Below, piece by piece: positions 33,639-39,045 of a stretch of 39,045 nt of DNA; position 1 is the stretch's first letter; every line of letters begins with the position of its first letter. A program made the translations under genes and the position numbers. A model generated the notes under the pieces. It made no database searches and was not told the DNA's origin. It worked only from the letters and a program-made list of their open reading frames with translations. Where the stretch lies: positions 1 to 39,045 of the IMG/VR virus record IMGVR_UViG_3300048631_000675, one strand, 5' to 3'. The stretch comes from a virus (lineage: Duplodnaviria; Caudoviricetes).

Positions 33639-33838
33639 CACCCTACCAACCGCGCTTAACCCGGCGTCGCTTACGTCCCAAAACCTACCCAAAAGATCAA
33701 GGGGGGGGCGAGGCGAAAAGACACAACACACGGGCCACGCGCAAAGTTCCGCCGGTCACAATCATGTGACGAGTCGGGACAGGCAATAACCGCCGCTCGC
33801 TATCCGATAGCGCGGCACTTTGTAGGGAGACCAAGACT

Positions 33839-34021
33839 GTGACGAGCGTTTCCACCTTCCGCGAAACATACCCCGACCCGAACCGCATCCTGGCTGACGA
33901 CATGATCGAGGCCATGGGTTCTGAGGCGGACCCGTCCGAACTTTCCGACATCGAGATCGCCATGCTGGTGGACAGCATGTGGGCTGATCTGATGACCCGC
34001 GCGCAGGAGTGCCGGGCATGA
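33839..34021 (+). CDS. Small acidic hypothetical protein, first gene of the rightward early operon
   Basis: GGGAGA RBS, GTG start, ATGA coupling. Confidence 0.55.
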   Translation: MTSVSTFRETYPDPNRILADDMIEAMGSEADPSELSDIEIAMLVDSMWADLMTRAQECRA

Positions 34022-34179
34022 AGCGCGCCCTCTACCGCATGGCCCCTGCCCCCGACACCCGCGCATGGTTCGTCGCTGAGGGCATCGTCGGCCTCGTCTC
34101 GCTGCTCACCATCACCGTTGGCGGGCTGTTCATCCTCGGCGCTCTCTCGCTTGAGTGCGCAACGTGCGGGGGGCTGTGA
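34018..34179 (+). CDS. 53-aa single-TM protein
   Basis: AGGAG RBS; hydrophobic GIVGLVSLLTITVGGLFILGALSL; coupled at both ends. Confidence 0.55.
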   Translation: MKRALYRMAPAPDTRAWFVAEGIVGLVSLLTITVGGLFILGALSLECATCGGL

Positions 34180-34508
34180 TGGCCGAGAAGCTGGAAGCCC
34201 TGCGCGCGTTGCTGGCGAAAGTGGAGGCGGGCAAAGTCTCTGCGGCCCCGTGGGGGGATGTCCTTGGTGTCGAGCAGGGCCACAATGCTTGGCGGGCTTA
34301 CCACCATGGCTCCCTCGACGCCGCCAAGGCGCTGCATGAGGCGGTGCTTCCGGGGTGGCAGCTAGACCGACTGATGCAAGGCGATGACCGTTGGGAAGCG
34401 CAAGTCGGCAATCCCAATGCTGACTGGGAGGAAGGCACTGACGCTTCCCCCGCTCGCGCATGGCTGATCGCCATCCTCAAGGCCCTGATCGCACAGGAGG
34501 AGGCGTGA
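34179..34508 (+). CDS. Phage hypothetical protein
   Basis: YHHGSLDAAKALHEAVLPGW...SPARAWLIAILKAL, a motif familiar from alphaproteobacterial phage early genes. Confidence 0.7.
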   Translation: MAEKLEALRALLAKVEAGKVSAAPWGDVLGVEQGHNAWRAYHHGSLDAAKALHEAVLPGWQLDRLMQGDDRWEAQVGNPNADWEEGTDASPARAWLIAILKALIAQEEA

Positions 34509-34681
34509 TGTTCATCACCGACCCTCACGGCCAGACCCGCTTCCGGCCCAGTGCCGCGCGTCTCGCCATGATGTCCGATGTCGTCCGCTACCACAGCGAC
34601 GTCCCGGCCATCCCGCCCGCCTACATCGCCTCCCCCGTATCCCTGCCCCGCCCGCCATGGGCCGAGCCGGTCAACGCATGA
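34508..34681 (+). CDS. Hypothetical protein
   Basis: GGAGGAGG RBS; coupled. Confidence 0.55.
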   Translation: MFITDPHGQTRFRPSAARLAMMSDVVRYHSDVPAIPPAYIASPVSLPRPPWAEPVNA

Positions 34682-34884
34682 GGACCGACATGGAACGCAA
34701 TGACATCACCACCCCCACCGTCACCCGCCGCAAGGGCGAGCCGCTGGACGTATGGCATGAGCGCAAGCGGGCCGCACGTCGCCAGCGCAACCGCGAGGAC
34801 ATGGAACTGGCCCGGCTGCATGAGCGGCACGACTTCGCCACGCTGGACGCCCTGAGCGCCGCGATCTTTCGGGGGCAGCAATGA
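34678..34884 (+). CDS. Basic hypothetical protein
   Basis: Coupled at both ends. Confidence 0.5.
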   Translation: MRTDMERNDITTPTVTRRKGEPLDVWHERKRAARRQRNREDMELARLHERHDFATLDALSAAIFRGQQ

Positions 34885-35114
34885 GCAATCCTTTCTATCT
34901 GATCCTGACCACCTACCCCAGCGGCGAAACTGGAACGAGCGACCCGCAATGGACGCTGGACGACGCCGCCGACGCTCTGGGAGAGGCGCAGAAGTTCACA
35001 TGGTCCCGCCAGCGCGTCTTGCGCATCGACAGCCTCGACGGGGGGGCTGCCGTTTCCGTCACCGACAAAGTTCAGGCCGTCATCGCGGCCCGCATGGCTG
35101 GCCGAGCCGCCTAA
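34881..35114 (+). CDS. Hypothetical protein
   Basis: ATGA coupling; ends at the RBS of the next gene. Confidence 0.6.
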   Translation: MSNPFYLILTTYPSGETGTSDPQWTLDDAADALGEAQKFTWSRQRVLRIDSLDGGAAVSVTDKVQAVIAARMAGRAA

Positions 35115-35126
35115 AGGAGAGACCGA

Positions 35127-35891
35127 ATGACCGACGTTGCACACCAGATCGACCACGACGAGCCGCGCCGCCACCTCGCGACCGTAGAGCAGCGGCAAAG
35201 CCTGCCCGCTGACCCGATGGTCAGCATGATCGAACGCATTGCGATGGACCCCAATTCGGACCTCGCGAAGCTGGAGAAGATGATGGAGATGAAGGAGCGG
35301 CACGAAGCCAGCCAAGCCAAGGCGCGCTTCGCCTCCGACTTCGCCAAAGCATCCGCCGAGTTTCCGACCATCCCCCTAAACGGGCGGGATACGCACAAGA
35401 ACACGCGGTATGCAAAGCTGGAGGACATTCTGTCGGGGGTTCGCCCGGTTTTGTCCAAGTATGGCTTCGCGCTGTCGTTCTCAACGGAGGTGACGGCTGA
35501 CCTTGTGACCGTTATCGCGGAACTGTCCCATGAGGGCGGACACTCAAAGACGAACAGCATCCCCCTCCCCCGCGACACGGGCGCAGGCCGGAACGCTGTG
35601 CAGGCGGTCGGCTCGTCGCAGACCTACGGGCAACGATACACCGCGCAGGCTATTCTCGGCCTGTCCCTCGGGGATGATACCGACGACGACGGGCGTTCTG
35701 CCGGTAACGGTGAAACCATCACTGAGGACCAATATCACAAGCTGCGCGACCTGATCGGCAAAGCGGGCATTGCGGAGGACGTCGTTTGCAAGGCTGAGAA
35801 GATTGAGCATCTGGCCGAACTGGCCGCATCAAAGTTCGCCCGCGTTTCCAGCCGCCTTGACGCCACCATCAAGAACAAGGCGGGCAAGTGA
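35127..35891 (+). CDS. erf: ERF-family single-strand annealing protein
   Basis: YAKLEDILSGVRPVLSKYGF...LSHEGGH...QAVGSSQTYGQRYTAQAILGL...DDDG. Confidence 0.9.
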   Translation: MTDVAHQIDHDEPRRHLATVEQRQSLPADPMVSMIERIAMDPNSDLAKLEKMMEMKERHEASQAKARFASDFAKASAEFPTIPLNGRDTHKNTRYAKLEDILSGVRPVLSKYGFALSFSTEVTADLVTVIAELSHEGGHSKTNSIPLPRDTGAGRNAVQAVGSSQTYGQRYTAQAILGLSLGDDTDDDGRSAGNGETITEDQYHKLRDLIGKAGIAEDVVCKAEKIEHLAELAASKFARVSSRLDATIKNKAGK

Positions 35892-36499
35892 TGGAGCAGG
35901 GAACAGCCGAATGGGTGGAGGCGCGGCTAGGCCGCGTCACCGCCAGCCGCATCGCGGACGTGATGATGAAGCCCACGACTGCCGGGTATCAAAACTATCG
36001 CTCGCAACTGATCTGCGAGCGGCTGACCGGGCGTCCCACCGATAGCTTCAAGTCGGCGGCGATGGAGCATGGCACTGAGACGGAGCCGCAGGCCCGTGCG
36101 GTCTACACCATGACAACAGGCAACATGGTTCAGGAAGTCGGATTCATCCCGCATCCCAAGTTGGCAATGGCAGGCGCATCGCCTGACGGCATCATCGGGG
36201 GGGCGGGCCTTGTCGAGATCAAGTGTCCGCAGCCGACCGAGCACATTCGGATGCTGACCGGCGGTGAGCCGAAGCGCGGTTACCTCCTGCAAATGCAATG
36301 GCAGATGGTTTGCACCGGGCGCGAGTGGTGCGACTTCGTTAACTTCAACCCGGATTTTCCCGACGAGATGCAACTGCACGTCATGCGGGTTGAAGCCGAC
36401 GCGAAGCTGCAAGGCGAGATCCACGATGCGGTTGCGGCGTTTCTGTCTGACGTAGAGGCCGCCATGGCAAGGCTGCCCGGCAGGAAGGAGGCCGCATGA
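35888..36499 (+). CDS. YqaJ / lambda-exonuclease-family nuclease
   Basis: QGTAEWVEARLGRVTAS, AMEHGTETEPQAR, GASPDG, LVEIKCP, YLLQMQWQM. Confidence 0.93.
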   Translation: MMEQGTAEWVEARLGRVTASRIADVMMKPTTAGYQNYRSQLICERLTGRPTDSFKSAAMEHGTETEPQARAVYTMTTGNMVQEVGFIPHPKLAMAGASPDGIIGGAGLVEIKCPQPTEHIRMLTGGEPKRGYLLQMQWQMVCTGREWCDFVNFNPDFPDEMQLHVMRVEADAKLQGEIHDAVAAFLSDVEAAMARLPGRKEAA

Positions 36500-36651
36500 C
36501 CGAAACCGGCCTCGCCCATGTTCGCCTGCGCCTCCTGTCCTGCCCGGATCTCGCGGCCCTGCGGCGGGTCTGGGAGGGGTTGGGCGTGGAGTATCAGCGG
36601 CATCCCGACGTGATGAAGCTGAAAGAGGATCTAAAGCAGGTGCTAAAGTGA
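36496..36651 (+). CDS. 51-aa hypothetical protein
   Basis: AAGGAGG RBS; coupled at both ends. Confidence 0.6.
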   Translation: MTETGLAHVRLRLLSCPDLAALRRVWEGLGVEYQRHPDVMKLKEDLKQVLK

Positions 36652-37037
36652 ACGGACAAACCGTCATTCTTTACGGCAAGCGCGCCCGCGACGATGCTCA
36701 CGGGCTGATCGACAGCGCGCCGGTCAACTCGGTGGTGACGGTCAAGGCCCCGGCCAGGACGCTGGATCAAAACAGCAAGTTGTGGGCGATGCTTTCCGAC
36801 GTATCTCGCGCCAAGCCGGAAGGCCGCGCATGGGAGCCGGGCATCTGGAAGGCCGCGTTCTTGTCCGCTCTTGGCATGGAAATGATGTGGCAGCCCGGCA
36901 TCGACGGGGGCGCACCCTTCCCTGCCGGGTATCGGTCCAGCCGTCTCACCAAGGCGCAGATGGCTGACCTGATCGAACTCATCACCGAATACGGGACGCG
37001 GCATGGCGTCCGCTGGAGCAATGAGGCCGAGCAATGA
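36648..37037 (+). CDS. ninB: NinB/Orf-family recombination protein
   Basis: RTLDQNSKLWAMLSDVS...WKAAF...PGIDGG...RSSRLTKAQMADLIELITEYG..HGVRW. Confidence 0.88.
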   Translation: MNGQTVILYGKRARDDAHGLIDSAPVNSVVTVKAPARTLDQNSKLWAMLSDVSRAKPEGRAWEPGIWKAAFLSALGMEMMWQPGIDGGAPFPAGYRSSRLTKAQMADLIELITEYGTRHGVRWSNEAEQ

Positions 37038-37363
37038 ACTACAGATGCGCTGAGATAGTGTTCAGCAAGGACGGCCGGTTTAGCCGGAGATGCCCGAACC
37101 CCGCCAAGCATGACCCCGATGCTGAGGGCATTCCCACAAAATGCGGTGTGCATTCCAGACAAGCAAACGCGAGGCGTGAGAAAGCCCGCGAGGCCCGCTT
37201 GGAGGCAGAGCGGCAATCGTGGGCCAAACAGGGCAAAGCGCAGGAGAAGGCAAGGAGGCTCCAGGCGGATGCCGAGGACATTCTTCGCAAGATTGCCACC
37301 GGTCACAACGATCCGCGCAGCCTCGCACTTGAATGGGTCGAGCGAAAGGACGGCGAGCAATGA
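37034..37363 (+). CDS. Hypothetical protein with C...C...CGVH motif and coiled coil
   Basis: Coupled at both ends. Confidence 0.6.
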   Translation: MNYRCAEIVFSKDGRFSRRCPNPAKHDPDAEGIPTKCGVHSRQANARREKAREARLEAERQSWAKQGKAQEKARRLQADAEDILRKIATGHNDPRSLALEWVERKDGEQ

Positions 37364-37710
37364 GCAACCTGACCGGACGCCCGATCTTCTCCAAAGGCGC
37401 AAAGCCGGTGAAAGCCGCGACCCTTCGCAACGCCGCCCGCGACCAGTCCTGCACTCTGCGCCTGGATTGCTGCAACGGCGACCCGTCAACCGTCGTGCTG
37501 GCTCACCTCCGCTGCTTTGGCTGGGCTGGGACCGCGCAGAAGCCCGCAGACTATAAGGCGGTGTTTGCCTGTGCCGCCTGTCACGACGCCATCGACCGCC
37601 GCAGCGCAAATGCCCCGTTCGGCTGGGACGACCTATTGCGCGCAATGGGCGAAACCCTAGACCGCCAGTTTGCGGCGGGCAACCTAAAGCTTGGGAGCGA
37701 CACCGAATGA
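37360..37710 (+). CDS. DUF1364/YbcO-family Zn-binding nuclease-like protein
   Basis: LRNAARDQSCTLRL..CNGDPSTVVLAH....G...K..D....FAC..CHDAID. Confidence 0.85.
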   Translation: MSNLTGRPIFSKGAKPVKAATLRNAARDQSCTLRLDCCNGDPSTVVLAHLRCFGWAGTAQKPADYKAVFACAACHDAIDRRSANAPFGWDDLLRAMGETLDRQFAAGNLKLGSDTE

Positions 37711-37880
37711 CCCGCATCCTACACGCCATCCTCTCCCGTATCTCCACATGGCACTACGAGCGCAAGAGCCGCCGCGAGAAGCCGGAACTCTGGCGCATGA
37801 TCGACGGGGTAAGGGCGCAGCAGTCCCGCGAGCGCAAATCGCTGCGGCGGGGGGATATGTATCAACAGGAGTGGGATTGA
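37707..37880 (+). CDS. 57-aa hypothetical protein
   Basis: GGGAG RBS; coupled at both ends. Confidence 0.5.
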   Translation: MTRILHAILSRISTWHYERKSRREKPELWRMIDGVRAQQSRERKSLRRGDMYQQEWD

Positions 37881-38056
37881 TGCCAGCACCGATTGACGAG
37901 CGACTGCAACGCGCGATCCTTTCCAGCGAAGCCGCCGGGAAGGTCGTGACCGCCGCCCGCATCAACGGGCAGACCATTGAACTTCTGTATGGGGAGGGGC
38001 ACAAGCCCGCCCCCATCGCCACAACCGCCGATCTCGTCAACTGGAAGCGCAAGTGA
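37880..38056 (+). CDS. 58-aa protein coupled to int, possible excisionase / directionality factor
   Basis: AGGAG RBS; GTGA overlap with int. Function inferred from position only. Confidence 0.5.
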   Translation: MPAPIDERLQRAILSSEAAGKVVTAARINGQTIELLYGEGHKPAPIATTADLVNWKRK

Positions 38057-39045
38057 CCCGCAAGGAACTGCCCCCCTACTGCTATCGCAAGGGCCGCAAA
38101 GGCTACGTCTATTTCCAGCGGCGCGGGGCCAAGACGCAGCGCATTCATAGCGAACCCGGCACGGCAGACTTTGCCGCAGAATACGCCATGCTGCTGCGCG
38201 GCCGCCAGCCCACCCCGGCCAAGACGATGAAGGGGCTGATCGCCTCCTACCTCGACAGCCAGCGGTGGAAGGATCTCAGGCCCATCACGCAAAGGGGCTA
38301 CCGCCGCCACTTGGCATACTTTGAGGAAGTCATGCCCGCCGTTGATCCGCGCACGGTTGAGCGGGTGCATGTGATCCAGATGCGGGACGCGCTCGGGGAT
38401 AAGCCCACCGACGCGAACCGCAAGCTGGGGGTGCTGTCGGTGCTGTATGAACACGCTATTGATCTTGGCTGGATGAAGCCGGGAACGAACCCGGTGCAGG
38501 GCGTGGCGCATCTCAAGCCGACTGGCCGCAAGCGCGAGCCGTGGCCCGTCGAGATGATCGAGGCATTCCGCCAGGAAGCGGACGCGCGAACGCTGCTGCT
38601 CTTTGAACTGCTGCTCGGCACCGGACAGCGGGTTGCCGACGTGCTGGCGATGCAATGGGGCCATATCGAGGATGACGGCATCCGGGTTCGGCAATCCAAG
38701 ACACGCAAGGGCCTATGGGTGCCGTTCACGGATCGGCTACGCGCCGTCCTGTCCGATGCGCCCAAGCGCGGGCTGCACATTGTCACGCAGGAGAACGGGC
38801 GGCCCCTGTCCTATCAACTGGCATGGAAGAATGTCATGGACGTGCGGCGCGAGATCGGCGCGGAGCGGTGGGACATTCACGGGCTGCGGCATTCGGCAGC
38901 CAGTGAGATTGCCGCCATTCCCGGCATGACGGACGAACACGTCCAAGCGATCACGGGCCACTCAAGCGGCGCGATGGTGCGGCTGTATGCGGGCGCGGCG
39001 CGACAGAAAGCGCGGGCCAAGGAAGTGCAGAGGGGCCGCAAATGA
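38053..39045 (+). CDS. int: Tyrosine recombinase (phage integrase)
   Basis: GTGQRVADV (R), QSKT (K), HGLRHS (HxxR), TGH and RLY (Y) catalytic residues are all present. Confidence 0.95.
   Translation: MTRKELPPYCYRKGRKGYVYFQRRGAKTQRIHSEPGTADFAAEYAMLLRGRQPTPAKTMKGLIASYLDSQRWKDLRPITQRGYRRHLAYFEEVMPAVDPRTVERVHVIQMRDALGDKPTDANRKLGVLSVLYEHAIDLGWMKPGTNPVQGVAHLKPTGRKREPWPVEMIEAFRQEADARTLLLFELLLGTGQRVADVLAMQWGHIEDDGIRVRQSKTRKGLWVPFTDRLRAVLSDAPKRGLHIVTQENGRPLSYQLAWKNVMDVRREIGAERWDIHGLRHSAASEIAAIPGMTDEHVQAITGHSSGAMVRLYAGAARQKARAKEVQRGRK

Noticed and set aside
33460-33675. Possible CtrA boxes (TTAA-N7-TTAA) in the phage control region
   Set aside because: Only partial matches: TTAA-GCAAATC-TTGG at ~33464 and TTAACC at ~33657. 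I found no full site by eye; a PWM scan would be needed.
38700-39045. Phage-encoded replacement 3' end of ctrA on the minus strand at the right edge
   Set aside because: No CtrA-like peptide in the reverse frames inside the window; sequence beyond 39045 cannot be assessed.

Overview
The window holds about 0.8 kb of Rhodobacteraceae-type host chromosome (5' half of ligA and the last 64 codons of ctrA, both on the minus strand). The rest is an apparently near-complete ~38 kb temperate prophage with P22-like (podovirus) morphogenesis genes, ending at its tyrosine integrase; the second att site lies just beyond the window. The prophage junction falls inside the DNA-binding domain of ctrA, so the phage appears to split the master regulator of motility and gene transfer agent (GTA) production. 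From left to right the prophage has: three orphan early-type genes, tailspike, lysis cassette with a metallophosphoesterase, ejection proteins, tail and head genes, terminase, a late-leader RNA cluster, a divergent accessory module, replication and nucleotide genes (thyX, ssb, gapR, stand-alone DnaA domain IV, DUF1376, methylase, RusA-like), an immunity region with five operators, recombination genes (ERF, YqaJ, NinB) and int. The most notable signals are: (1) ctrA interruption, a possible phage regulatory switch; (2) an unannotated 89-nt CCA-ending tRNA mimic next to a tRNA-Trp with a mismatched acceptor stem; (3) a 31-aa ORF behind an alphaproteobacterial LexA box, converging on a repressor that lacks a peptidase domain (candidate SOS antirepressor); (4) a divergent promoter pair sharing one palindromic -35, driving a GIY-YIG/degenerate-resolvase fusion. 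All protein family calls come from reading motifs by eye; no database search was run.
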